DNA of 64,000 nucleotides from an uncultured Acidobacteriota bacterium. Lineage in GTDB: Bacteria > Acidobacteriota > Thermoanaerobaculia > UBA5066 > Gp7-AA6. Below, one piece after another: positions 1-9,353 of this stretch (position 1 is the first letter of the stretch; each line of letters starts with the position of its first letter). The stretch is from positions 142,854 to 206,853 of the forward strand of contig CAVRUT010000003.1 in the NCBI GenBank assembly GCA_963724465.1. Direction: 5' to 3'. The translations under genes were made by a program, and so were the position numbers. Under the pieces are notes generated by a model. It worked only from the letters and a program-made list of their open reading frames with translations, was not told the DNA's origin and searched no databases.

Positions 1-856
1 GGCGAACGAGTCCCCAGTAGGCCAGGTCCTCCTCCGCGCGCTCGCTCCACTCGGGCTCGACGGTTTCGGCCAGAATGCGGAATTTCCGCTCGCCGAAGGC
101 GTACGTCGTCACGAGCGTGAAGCTCCGATACCGGGCCGGCAGGTCCTTGTTGATGAAGGTGTCCACGGCGATCCGCCGGGTCACTCCGTCCGGGCCGAAC
201 TCGACGTCCACGCCCGAGCGCGGGGCCGTGATCGAGAGCGTCGTGTCCAGCCGGCCACGGTCGAGGCGGTAGAAGTGCGTCTCGAACAGGCGCGGCTCGC
301 CCGCATGGACGATCTGCAGCGCCACCTGCGGACGATCGTCGAAGCGAAAGAGCACGCTCCGGAAGGCGGAGAGCTGGTCGCACCGCGCGGGCTCGTCCGT
401 CTGCGAGCAGCGCAGCGGCAGGTGCCCCACGAGCAGGAGGCTCCAGTCCGAGCCCTTCCCTTTCTGAAACACGGCGAAGATCGGGTTCTCGAAAGGCAGC
501 TTCGTGCGGGACACGAAGCCAACGACCGGGATGTCGGGCGGCAGGCCCCGGACCGTCCCGATCCCCTCGACGAGCGCCTCGGCCACGCCGTCGTTGTCCA
601 GGTCCACTTCCTCGACCCGCGTGATCTTCGAGAAGCCGACGAATGGATTTTCGTACCGCGCGATGCGCCGCTCGGCGACCGCGCCCCTTCTCTGCGAGAC
701 GGGCACCCGCGGAGGCGGCACCGGCGTGGGCACTGGCGTCGGAACGGGAGTCGGCGCCCTCTGCGGCGCCGCGACGGCCGACGCGGCCAGGACCGCCAGC
801 CCGGCTGCGATCACGGCGGCGCCGAGCAGAGGGTTCCTCGGGGTGCTGCGAGGCAT
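1..856 (-). CDS. hypothetical secreted protein (C-terminus runs off the window)
   Basis: Reverse frame is open from ATG at 856 to base 1. It is absent from the ORF track because it has no stop in the window. N-terminus MPRSTPRNPLLGAAVIAAGLAVLAASAVAAP looks like a signal peptide and is followed by a PTPV x3 linker. Third positions are G/C-rich. Confidence 0.5.
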   Translation of the reverse strand, partial: MPRSTPRNPLLGAAVIAAGLAVLAASAVAAPQRAPTPVPTPVPTPVPPPRVPVSQRRGAVAERRIARYENPFVGFSKITRVEEVDLDNDGVAEALVEGIGTVRGLPPDIPVVGFVSRTKLPFENPIFAVFQKGKGSDWSLLLVGHLPLRCSQTDEPARCDQLSAFRSVLFRFDDRPQVALQIVHAGEPRLFETHFYRLDRGRLDTTLSITAPRSGVDVEFGPDGVTRRIAVDTFINKDLPARYRSFTLVTTYAFGERKFRILAETVEPEWSERAEEDLAYWGLVR

Positions 857-917
857 CGCGATCGAAGGAATTTACCAGACTTACGGCTCGCGGGCCTGCA
901 TTACCCTATGCGCGCCG

Positions 918-1763
918 ATGCGCGTCTTCGACTGTCACATTCACGTTCAGCCCTGGGAGCAGATGCGTCCCGGCTCCCGCGCTCTCATGACCGCTGGCCG
1001 CCGCGACCTCGCCGAGATTCAGCAGGCTCTCTCGGACCCCGCGGAGCTCTTGCGCCTGATGGACCGCGACGGTGTCGAGCGCGCGGCCCTCATCAACTAC
1101 GTCGCGCCCGAGGTGATGGGCTTCGACGCCTCGGCCAACGACTGGGTCGCCCGCTACGTGCGCGGGCGCGAGGACCGGCTCCTCTCGGTCGGGTCCGTCC
1201 ATCCGCGCCACGCTCCGGACTCCGGGGCCGAGGCGCGGCGCCTCTTCGAGGATCTCGGAATCCGGATGCTCAAGATCCATCCGCCCCACCAGCTCTTCGC
1301 GGCCAATGCCTACCGCGACGGTCTCGAGGGACTCGGGGCGGTGTACGCCGCCGCCGAGCGGGCCGGGCGGCCGGTCATGATCCACACGGGAACCTCGATC
1401 TTCCCGGGAGCCCGCAACCGCTTCGCGGACCCGATGGCGGTGGACGACGTCGCCGTGGACTATCCCGCTCTGAAGATCATCCTGGCGCACGCGGGCCGGC
1501 CGCTCTACATGGACACCGCGGTCTTCCTCGCGCGCCGGCACCCCAACGTCCATATGGACCTCTCCGGCATCCCGCCCAGGAAGCTCCTCGAGTACCTGCC
1601 GCGGCTCGAGGACATCGCGGACCGCTGCCTCTGGGGCACCGACTATCCGAGCCCGGGTGTCGCCTCCATGCGCAGGAACGTCGAGGACTTCCTGTCGCTG
1701 CCGCTCTCGGAAGCGGCTCGACGGCGGATCCTCTGGGACAACGCCGCCGCGCTCTTCGGATAA
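918..1763 (+). CDS. amidohydrolase-family metal-dependent hydrolase
   Basis: Frame of ORF 504..1763. Start moved to ATG 918 (MRVFDCHIHVQPW, HxH metal motif). Later ILAHAGRP and WGTDYPSPG are typical of amidohydrolase-2-type proteins. Confidence 0.75.
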   Translation: MRVFDCHIHVQPWEQMRPGSRALMTAGRRDLAEIQQALSDPAELLRLMDRDGVERAALINYVAPEVMGFDASANDWVARYVRGREDRLLSVGSVHPRHAPDSGAEARRLFEDLGIRMLKIHPPHQLFAANAYRDGLEGLGAVYAAAERAGRPVMIHTGTSIFPGARNRFADPMAVDDVAVDYPALKIILAHAGRPLYMDTAVFLARRHPNVHMDLSGIPPRKLLEYLPRLEDIADRCLWGTDYPSPGVASMRRNVEDFLSLPLSEAARRRILWDNAAALFG

Positions 1764-1773
1764 GCTCGGTCTC

Positions 1774-2680
1774 ATGGCGGAGGGCCGGATTCTCGTCGTC
1801 GGCGCCGGGACGATGGGCCGCGGGATCGCCGGTGTCTGCGCTCTCGCCGGGTACGACACCCGGGTCTTCGACGCCGATCCCTCCGCACAGCGCGCGGTGC
1901 GGCCGGCCATCGAGTCGTCCTGGAGCCGGGCGATCGACAGGGGCAGGCTCTCGACCGAGGCCGCGGACGCCGCCCGCCACCGCCTGCGCATCGCCGAGCG
2001 CCTCCGGGACGCCGCCGATGTGGACTTCGCGATCGAGGCCGTTCCCGAGGCGCTCGACTTGAAGCGCATGGTGTTCTCGGAGCTCGACGACCTCTGCCCC
2101 GATCGCACGGTGTTCGGCTCGAACACCTCCTCACTGCCCATCACGCGCATCGCCCACGCGACGGGCCGCCGGGACCGCGTGATCGGTATCCACTTTTTCA
2201 ACCCCGTTGCGGCGATGCCGCTCGTCGAGGTCGTGCGCGGCAAGGACACCTCCGCATCGACCGAGGCGCGCACTCTCGAGCTCGTCCGCTCGCTCGGCAA
2301 GGAGGCCGTCCGGGTATTCGACTCGCCCGGCTTCGCGACCTCGCGACTCGGCGTCGCCCTCGGTCTCGAGGCGATGAGGATGGTGGAGGAGGGCGTGGCC
2401 GGAGCGGCCGACATCGACCGCGCCATGGAGCTCGGCTACGGCCACCGGATGGGGCCGCTCAAGACGAGCGATTTCGTCGGACTCGACGTGCGCCTTGCGA
2501 TCGCCGAGACCCTCGCGGCCGAGCTTGCCGTCGGACCGCTTTCAGCCCCCCGGCATCCTGAGGACGCTGGTTGCCGAGGGGCTGACGGGCAGGAAGGCCG
2601 GAGAGGGGTTCTTCCGCTGGGAGGGGGACAGGGCGGTCGGCGAGGGCACGCGCGCCGCCGCCCTCCGGAGGAAACGATGA
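1774..2680 (+). CDS. 3-hydroxyacyl-CoA / 3-hydroxybutyryl-CoA dehydrogenase (one frame break)
   Basis: MAEGRILVVGAGTMGRGIAGVCALAGYDTRVFD (Rossmann GxGxxG) and IHFFNPVAAMPLVEVV. The conserved C-terminus FQPPGILRTLVAEGLTGRKAGEGFFRW is in the +1 frame (ORF 2495..2680). The break is near 2527-2535. Confidence 0.8.
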
Positions 2681-3246
2681 ACGTCAACGACCGGCGGGGC
2701 CTGAACCTCGGCGTGGTGCTCGTGGCCCTCGGCGTCTATTTCATCCTGCGACGGTCGCTGCACTTGCACGGCCCGGGACCGATCCTGCTGCTGATCGGCA
2801 CGATCCTGTTCGCCCTGTCCGCGCTGCGCCGGTTTCGGGGCCCTCTCGTCCCCGCGAGCGTGATGCTCGGCCTGGGCGCAGCCTTTCTGATGCGCGACCC
2901 TCTCGAGCCCTGGATGCCGGGCTGGGCCACGCTGCTGCTCGGTATCGGCGCGGGCCTGCTGCTCGCCTCCGGGCTGGATCGCCTCCTCGGCCGCGAGCGC
3001 CGGCCGGCGCCTTTCGTTCCCGGACTCGTTCTCGTCGCGATCGCTCTCGTCACGGCGGCCTCCGCAAACCTGAGCATCCCGGAGTCCTTCTCCGACGTGG
3101 CGTGGCGCCTCTGGCCGTTCGTGCTCGTCGCAGCGGGCGCCGTGCTCGTGCTCCAGGCCCTGCGGTCCGGAAGTAGCAACTCGTCCCGGTACTGCAGCGG
3201 ACGGCATTTGGCCGGCACCTACGGTCGCACTTCCGCGAGCACCTGA
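2677..3246 (+). CDS. multi-pass membrane protein, unknown function
   Basis: ATG 2677 overlaps the dehydrogenase stop (ATGA) and follows GGAGG. The translation has 5-6 hydrophobic segments. The 3' end is uncertain because the next gene overlaps out of frame. Confidence 0.5.
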   Translation: MNVNDRRGLNLGVVLVALGVYFILRRSLHLHGPGPILLLIGTILFALSALRRFRGPLVPASVMLGLGAAFLMRDPLEPWMPGWATLLLGIGAGLLLASGLDRLLGRERRPAPFVPGLVLVAIALVTAASANLSIPESFSDVAWRLWPFVLVAAGAVLVLQALRSGSSNSSRYCSGRHLAGTYGRTSAST

Positions 3247-3834
3247 AGGGATGACGATCGTGGACATGGGCGCCAACGTCGGCACACGGTCCTGTTTTCG
3301 AGGCTCGTCGGCGAGAGCGGCGCGGTCTACGCCTTCGAACCGGACCCGCTCTGCTCGAGCATCCTGCGCGACCGGGTGCGCGCGCTCCCGTCCGCCGGCA
3401 ACGTCCACATCGAAAATGCGGCGCTCGGGGACACGGAGGGCGAGGCGACGCCTATTGCAGCAACGGGACCGGGCCGAGAGCAACCCGCTCGACCGACAAT
3501 CCCCTTCGAGACCGTCCGAGTGCCGACGCTCTCCCGATGACGTCGAGGGCGCGAGGTGAGCGCGCTGCGGGGGATGCGCGAGATCATGGCCGACCGCCGC
3601 CCTCCGGCCTGGATGTTATCGAGTTCTGCCCTCGGCAACGCCGGCGCAGGCGAGAGCCCGGAGGCCTTCTGGCAGGTCCTGGAGGCCGACAGGTACGAGG
3701 TCTACGAGATGGACGACCGGTGCCAGCTCCGGAGGATCCGCGACACGGCGGCCTTCACCCGCGAGCACGCGCGCGACCAGATCAACGTGTGGGCCGTGCA
3801 GCGGGCCCCGTCTGGATCCGTCGCAGACGCCTAA
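3177..3834 (+). pseudogene. FkbM-family methyltransferase, at least 3 frame breaks
   Basis: Pieces are spread over three frames: HFREHLKG / MTIVDMGANVG / TVLFSRLVGESGAVYAFEPDP...NVHIENAALGD / ALRGMREIMADRRP / GLDVIEF / SPEAFWQVLEADRYEVYEMDD. Joined, they follow the FkbM (Methyltransf_21) pattern. Confidence 0.5.
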
Positions 3835-4391
3835 CCCAGGTCCAGGATCTTCGGTGGGGGCTTGGGCGCGGCGGGCGGCGTTTCTTCGGCGCGGCGCTCC
3901 CCGAGAAGGCGCGCCGTCACGAGCAGCACCAGGAGCGCGGCCGCGATCTCGAGGGAGAAAAACCCGGTCGCCAGGCGGTGGTAGCGGGCAAGCAGGAGCC
4001 GCGCCGGGTCCGACGCCGGAAGATTGTCGATCAGCCCGGGCGCCTCCGCGCGAATCCGGTCGATGGGCGGAATGAGCAGCTGACGGATCACGAGCGCGGC
4101 GAAGAAGCCGAGAACCGGCAGGCGGGTCAGCAGGGCCCGGGTTCCCTTCGCGGATTCGCGCGTCAGGAGCCAGGAGGTGGCGAAGAGGACGAGAAAGCTC
4201 GCCTCGGCCAGGCCGCACAGCTGCGAGAGGATGGGGCTCTGGAGCGCTCCGGCCATGTCCCGAGTCGGGAGCACCCGGAAGACCGCCGGCGCCACGACTC
4301 CGCCGAAGAAGATCGGGGGTGCCAGCGCCATGGCCAGCGCCGCCAGGTGCAGCGCGAGGACGAGCGGCTCGAGCCGGGAGTCGAGCTTCAC
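3831..4391 (-). CDS. DUF4149-like membrane protein
   Basis: C-terminal part of ORF 3831..4901. GTG 4391 overlaps the upstream stop (GTGA). Four hydrophobic helices (LVLALHLAALAMALAPPIFFGGVVAP...). Confidence 0.55.
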   Translation of the reverse strand: MKLDSRLEPLVLALHLAALAMALAPPIFFGGVVAPAVFRVLPTRDMAGALQSPILSQLCGLAEASFLVLFATSWLLTRESAKGTRALLTRLPVLGFFAALVIRQLLIPPIDRIRAEAPGLIDNLPASDPARLLLARYHRLATGFFSLEIAAALLVLLVTARLLGERRAEETPPAAPKPPPKILDLG

Positions 4392-5236
4392 GGCTCGGCC
4401 GCGTATTCCGCGGTGACCCGCGGTGTCAGGCCCGCGGCGTGCGCCCGGTCGAGCAGGAGCTGGACGGCCCGCCGCCCGGCCTCTCCGTATCCCCTCGTCC
4501 AGGAGTTGACGTACATGCCGACGAAGCGATCCGCCTTCTCCCGATCCAGGCCCCGGGCATATCGCATCGCGTGGTCGAGCGCCGCCCCGCGGTGGGCCAG
4601 CCCGTACTCGATCGAGCGGGAGAGAGCGCGTGAAATACGGCCGATCCGTTCGGCCCCGAGGTCCCGCCGTACGACGTTGCCCCCGAGAGGCAGCGGCAGG
4701 CCCGTCTCCTGTTTCCACCAGCGGCCGAGGTCGACGACCTCGACGAGACCCTCCTCCCCGAACGTCAACTGGCCTTCGTGGATGAGCAGCCCCGCCTGGA
4801 AGTCGCCCGCGCGCACGGCCTCCTGGATCCGGTCGAACGCCAGCGGCGCGGTGGCGACACCCGGGGCCCAGAGCTCGAGCGCGAGCGCCGCCGTCGTCCA
4901 CCGCCCTGGCGAGGCGACGACCACCCGGCCCGCGGCGATCTCCTCGCGCGAGACCGGCTCGCGCGCCGCGACGACCGGCCCGTAGCCGTCGCCGAACGAT
5001 GCGCCGTGCGGCAGGAGCAGGTAGCGGTCGGCCAGGCGCGTGTAGGCGTGGAAGGAAACGGCGGTCACGGCGAGCTCGCCGGCCATCGCGCGCCGGTTGA
5101 GCGACTCGATGTCGGACAGCTCGTGCACGAACGCGAGCCCTTCGGTGTCGACGCGCCCTTCGGCGAGCGCGTAGAACATGAAGGCGTCGTCGGAGTCGGG
5201 ACTGTGAGCGACGGTGATGGTCTCGGCAGAAGTCAC
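4388..5236 (-). CDS. MqnA/MqnD-family menaquinone (futalosine-route) biosynthesis protein
   Basis: ITVAHSPDSDDAFMFYALAEGRVDTEGL...LLIHEGQLTF...GLPLPLGGNVVRRDL resembles the MqnA/MqnD/periplasmic-binding-like family. Confidence 0.65.
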   Translation of the reverse strand: MTSAETITVAHSPDSDDAFMFYALAEGRVDTEGLAFVHELSDIESLNRRAMAGELAVTAVSFHAYTRLADRYLLLPHGASFGDGYGPVVAAREPVSREEIAAGRVVVASPGRWTTAALALELWAPGVATAPLAFDRIQEAVRAGDFQAGLLIHEGQLTFGEEGLVEVVDLGRWWKQETGLPLPLGGNVVRRDLGAERIGRISRALSRSIEYGLAHRGAALDHAMRYARGLDREKADRFVGMYVNSWTRGYGEAGRRAVQLLLDRAHAAGLTPRVTAEYAAEP

Positions 5237-5282
5237 CGGGCGATTCTATGACCTCGCGGAGCCTCGCCCGGGCCGCTCCGAC

Positions 5283-5311
5283 TTGACTTGCGCCGCGCGG
5301 AACGCCACAAT
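5283..5311 (+). promoter_or_regulatory. sigma70-like promoter candidate (TTGACT - 17 nt - CACAAT)
   Basis: TTGACT at 5283-5288, a 17-nt spacer, then CACAAT at 5306-5311, inside a low-GC intergenic region. Confidence 0.35.
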
Positions 5312-5537
5312 GAACTCAAGAGGCAATTGCAAGGAAATTTTCTTGTACCGAACCGAGAGAAACTTTTAGAATGAAAACGCCGGATGGGTTGCGGCCCATC
5401 CGGCGAAGGGACAGAACGTATGACCCATCAATCGTTCGGCAGCGACAGACTGAAGGCGATACGCCCTTTCACGGGGGCGGAAAAATTAGCACCTCGCCCG
5501 AGAGCTGTCAATTGGCTGTCGGGAGGGAGGTGACGTA

Positions 5538-5597
5538 ATGGCCACGAAGAAGAAGGCTGCGAAGAAGGCGAAGAAGGCGACCAAGAAGAAGAAGTAA
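5538..5597 (+). CDS. 19-residue lysine-rich peptide MATKKKAAKKAKKATKKKK
   Basis: ATG 5538 is preceded by GGGAGGGAGG 7-8 nt upstream. The TAA stop is followed 33 nt later by an intrinsic terminator. Confidence 0.45.
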   Translation: MATKKKAAKKAKKATKKKK

Positions 5598-5630
5598 GTC
5601 AAGCACTTACGGCTTCGAACACGGTTTCTC

Positions 5631-5655
5631 GGGGGCCTGCGGGCCCCCTTTTTTT
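5631..5655 (+). terminator. rho-independent terminator
   Basis: GGGGGCC-tgcg-GGCCCCC stem followed by T7. Confidence 0.7.
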
Positions 5656-5735
5656 GTCCTCGAACGGAGACGGCCGGGCGGTGTCGAAGGCGCGGTTTCC
5701 GGACCCATCTATATCTATATTGATATAGTCCTCGC

Positions 5736-6281
5736 GTGTCGCTCCCCCACGTCCTCCTCGGCCTTCTGCACGGCGCGCCTCGAACGGGCTACGACCTCGC
5801 TCGCGCGATGCGCGAAGAGTTGGATCCAGTCTGGAGCGCCGGCTTCTCCCAGATCTACCCCGCTCTCGCGCGCCTGCGGCGCCGGGGGTGGGTCCTCCTC
5901 CGGGTGCTCGGCCCCCGCCATGGCCCCCGCCGCCTCCTCTACCGCGTGACCGCCGCCGGCCGGAGAGAGCTCGCCCGCTGGATCGCCGAGTCGCCGCCAC
6001 CCCCCCGCGGGAACGACGAAGGCCTCGCCCGGATCGCCCTGCTCGACGCCCTTCCGGCCCCCGAGCGGCGCCGGGCTCTGGCGGCCGCCGAGGCGGTCCT
6101 CGCCGCCGAGGTCGCGCGCCTGACGGCCCTGCCTCCGCCCGGCGGCTACCGCAGCCTCGCCCGCCGGGGCTCGATCGAGCGGCACGAGGCGCTGCGCCGC
6201 TTGCTGCGGGCCGGAGGCGCGGCGGCGGCGCCGGTCTCCGAGACGACGCGCGGCCGCAGAGCCGTTCGCAAGAAGCGCTGA
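5736..6281 (+). CDS. PadR-family transcriptional regulator
   Basis: LLGLLHGAPRTGYDLARAM...FSQIYPALARLRRRGWV...RRLLYRVTAAGRREL is the PadR winged-helix signature. Confidence 0.8.
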   Translation: MSLPHVLLGLLHGAPRTGYDLARAMREELDPVWSAGFSQIYPALARLRRRGWVLLRVLGPRHGPRRLLYRVTAAGRRELARWIAESPPPPRGNDEGLARIALLDALPAPERRRALAAAEAVLAAEVARLTALPPPGGYRSLARRGSIERHEALRRLLRAGGAAAAPVSETTRGRRAVRKKR

Positions 6282-6355
6282 GCTCCCGAGGGCCTGTCCG
6301 GAGGGAAACACGACCAGCTGTCGGACGTATGATCCCTTCAGGCCAGGAGGGGCGC

Positions 6356-7066
6356 ATGAGCGACGAACCGCGCGGCGGGTTCACACGCCGGGATCTGGTG
6401 CGAGGCAGCCTCGTCGGCGCCATCGCGGCCAGCGTCGGGGCCAGGGCCGAGGCGGCCGAGTCCGGCCGGGTCGGGCCCGGCGCCGCGCCTCTCGAGCTCA
6501 CCGTCAACGGAACGGTTCACCGGCTCTCCGTCGAGCCCCGCGTCACGCTCGTGGACGCGCTCCGGGAACGGATCGGCCTGACGGGCACAAAGGTCGTCTG
6601 CGGCCGAGGCGCCTGCGGGGCCTGCACGGTACTCCTCGACGGCAAGACCGTCTGCTCCTGCCTGATGCTGGCGCACGAGGCCGCCGGAAAGCCGATCACG
6701 ACGATCGAGGGCCTCGCCGCGGACGGAAGGCTGACGCCCCTCCAGGAAGCCTTCATCGCCGCCGACGCCCTCCAGTGCGGCTTCTGCACGTCCGGAATGA
6801 TCCTCTCCTGCAAGGCTCTGCTCGATCGCGAACCCAAGCCGACCCGCCAGGCGATCCGCGAGGCGATCTCGGGCAATCTCTGCCGCTGCGGCACCTACAA
6901 TCACGTCTTCGACGCCGTCGAGCGCGCCGCCGGGATCCAGAAAGCGGACGCCGCCCCGGCGCTCTCGCCTGCATACCGACTCCTGCCTTCTGCTTCCTCC
7001 ATCGAAGACGACCCCCGGGTGGCGCAGGCCATCCGCGAAGCCATGGAAGAGGAGGGGCTGGTATGA
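6356..7066 (+). CDS. (2Fe-2S)-binding small subunit of a xanthine dehydrogenase-family oxidoreductase, Tat signal
   Basis: ATG 6356 follows AGGAGG. FTRRDLVRGSLVGAIAASVGA is a twin-arginine signal. CGRGACGACTV and CGFCTSGM...CRCGTY are the two [2Fe-2S] motifs. Confidence 0.85.
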   Translation: MSDEPRGGFTRRDLVRGSLVGAIAASVGARAEAAESGRVGPGAAPLELTVNGTVHRLSVEPRVTLVDALRERIGLTGTKVVCGRGACGACTVLLDGKTVCSCLMLAHEAAGKPITTIEGLAADGRLTPLQEAFIAADALQCGFCTSGMILSCKALLDREPKPTRQAIREAISGNLCRCGTYNHVFDAVERAAGIQKADAAPALSPAYRLLPSASSIEDDPRVAQAIREAMEEEGLV

Positions 7067-9353
7067 CCGAGAAGATCCGCGTCGGCTTCGACGGCAGCTT
7101 CGAGGTCAAGGAGGTCGTCGTCGCGCCGGGCGACCCGGCGCCCTGGGACCCCTCCCGGAAGTTCGCGATCGTCGGAACCCGCGTCCCCCGCCTCGACGGG
7201 AAGGCCAAGACGACCGGCGAGGCGAAGTACTCGATCGACGTGCGCCTGCCGGGCATGCTCTACGGGAGGATCCTGCGGTGCCCGCTGGCGGCCGCGACCG
7301 TCAGGTCCGTCGATCTCGTCCGCGGCGCGCGGGATGCCCGGCGTGCGCGCGGCCCTCGCCCTCGCCGAGCCGGGTGAGAAGGTCCGCTTCGCCGGCCAGG
7401 AGATCGCGGCGGTGGCCGCCGACACCCCCGAGCAGGCCGACGACGCCCTGGCGGCGATCCGCGTCGCGTACGAGCCGCGGCCGTTCGTGGTCGGGCTCGA
7501 GGCGGCCCGCAAGCCGGATGCGCCCCTCGTCTTCGAGGGCAAGGCCGAGACGAAGACCTCGGCCGGCGACGTGGAGTCGGCGCGCAAAGGGCCTCGCGCG
7601 AAACGGCAACGTCCACGGGCCCCGCTCGACGGCCAAGGGCAACGTCGAGGAGGGGTTCAGGAAGGCCGACGCCGTCGTCGAGGCGACCTACGTGACCCAG
7701 GTCCAGACGCACACGGCTCTCGAGACCCACGGCCTCGTGGCGCGCTGGGACGGCGACGAGCTGACGGTCTGGGCTTCGACACAGGGCATCTTCGGGGTCC
7801 GCGACGAGCTCGCGGAGACCCTGAAGATCCCGGTGTCGAAGATCCGCGTCATCACGGAGTACATGGGAGGAGGCTTCGGAGCCAAGTTCGGCGCGCGGAT
7901 CGAGGGCCTGACCGCGGCCCGCCTCGCGAAGGAGGCCGGCGCCCCGGTCAAGCTCTTCCTCGACCGCAAGGAGGAGCAGCTGGCGACCGGAAACCGCCCC
8001 TCCTCGGTCCAGACGGTCAAGGCGGGGGCCACGAAGGACGGCAAGCTCACGGCCCTGCAGCTGACCGTCTACGGCGACGGCGGCACCAACGGCGGCACGG
8101 GAACGTCGGGCCCGATCAAGAACGTCTACGCCTGCGACAACCTCAAGGTGGACGAGTACGACGTCTTCACCAACGCCGGCCCCTCCACCGCCATGCGCGC
8201 GCCCGGGCACCCCCAGGGCGCCTTCGCCCTCGAGGCGACGATGGACGAGCTCGCCCGCGCGATCGGCATGGACCCGCTCGAGTTCCGGATGAAGAACGAC
8301 CCCTCGGCGGTGCGCCGCGAGGAGTTCCGCATCGGCGCCGAGAAGATCGGCTGGAAAGGGCGCGATTCCCGGCGGCAGGCGCCGGACCCGTGGATCCGCC
8401 GGGGCGTCGGCGTCGGCGCGGCTGTCTGGTACAACACCGGCGACACGGGCCCGCGGGCCACCGTCACGATCCACCGCGACGGCTCGGCCGAGGTCGAGCA
8501 CGGCGTGCAGGACCTCGGAACCGGCTCGCGCACGATGGTCGCGATCGTCGCGGCCGAGGAGCTCGGGCTTCCGCTCGAGAAAGTCTCGGTCTCGATCGGG
8601 GACACGCGGCTGCCCTACGGGCCCGAGTCGGGGGGCTCGACGACGACGCCCTCGAGCGCGCCGACCATCCGCCGCGCCGCCTACCAGGCGAAGAAGGGCC
8701 TTGCCGAAGCCGTCGCGAAGGAATGGAAGGTCCCGGCGGATTCGGTCACCGTCGCCAGCGGCGTCGTCTCGGTGCCCGGCGACCCGAAGCACAGCCTCCC
8801 CTGGGCCGAGGCCTGCAAGCTGCTGCCCGGCCAGGGCGTCTCGGCGACGGCCGAGCGCGCCGAGAACCACGAGGACGCCTGGAAGCGCTTCACGACGGGC
8901 GCCCAGTTCGCCGAGGTCGAGGTGGACACGGCGACCGGAAAGGTCCGGGTCGAACGCGTCGTCGCCGTCCACGACTGCGGCGTCGTCGTCAACGCGCTCG
9001 CGACCGAGAGCCAGGTCCAGGGCGGCGTGATCCAGGGCGTCTCGTACGCCCTCTACGAGGACCGCGTGCTCGACCGCCAGACCGGCCGCATGGTCAATCC
9101 CAACGTCGAGTCGTACAAGATCGCGGGCGCCCTCGACGTGCCGGAGATCGACGTGACGCTCGTCTCCGTCTGGGACGGGATCAACAACACGAACTCGGTC
9201 GGCATCGGCGAGCCGGCCACCGTGCCGACCGCCGCGGCCATCGCCAACGCCGTCTCGCACGCGGTCGGGGCGCGCATCCGGCAGCTGCCGATCACGCCGG
9301 AGGTCGTCCTGGCGGCCGTGGAAGAGGCCCGAACGAAGGGAGGTCGGGCATGA
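7063..9353 (+). CDS. molybdopterin-binding large subunit of a xanthine dehydrogenase-family oxidoreductase (two frame breaks)
   Basis: ATGA overlap with the small subunit. MTEKIRVG...GEAKYSIDVRLPGMLYGRILR (frame 1), MPGVRAALA...FAGQEIAAVAADT (frame 2), then QVQTHTALETHG...YMGGGFGAKF through GIGEPATVP (frame 3). Breaks near 7320-7330 and 7575-7600. Confidence 0.8.

Noticed and set aside
275-2426. There are many long alternative-frame or antisense ORFs: 275..2062, 906..2426, 5599..6507, 7260..9260, 7334..10321 (first part), 16001..17077, 27845..30643, 36190..38121, 40514..42136, 48301..50751, 55899..57374, 62354..63898.
   Set aside because: Their Arg/Gly/Pro/Ala-rich low-complexity translations overlap genes with clear family signatures. 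This is the expected stop-codon-poor artefact of high-GC DNA. They were used only where a segment carries the continuation of a frame-broken real gene.
5371-5538. A 55-codon ORF (MKTPDGLRPIRRRDR...) ends in a TAATG overlap with the Lys-rich mini-ORF.
   Set aside because: Codon usage is far from the G/C-ending bias of the genome, there is no convincing SD, and it spans the 10-bp hairpin. It is more likely an untranslated leader. It is mentioned because the TAATG overlap is suggestive.
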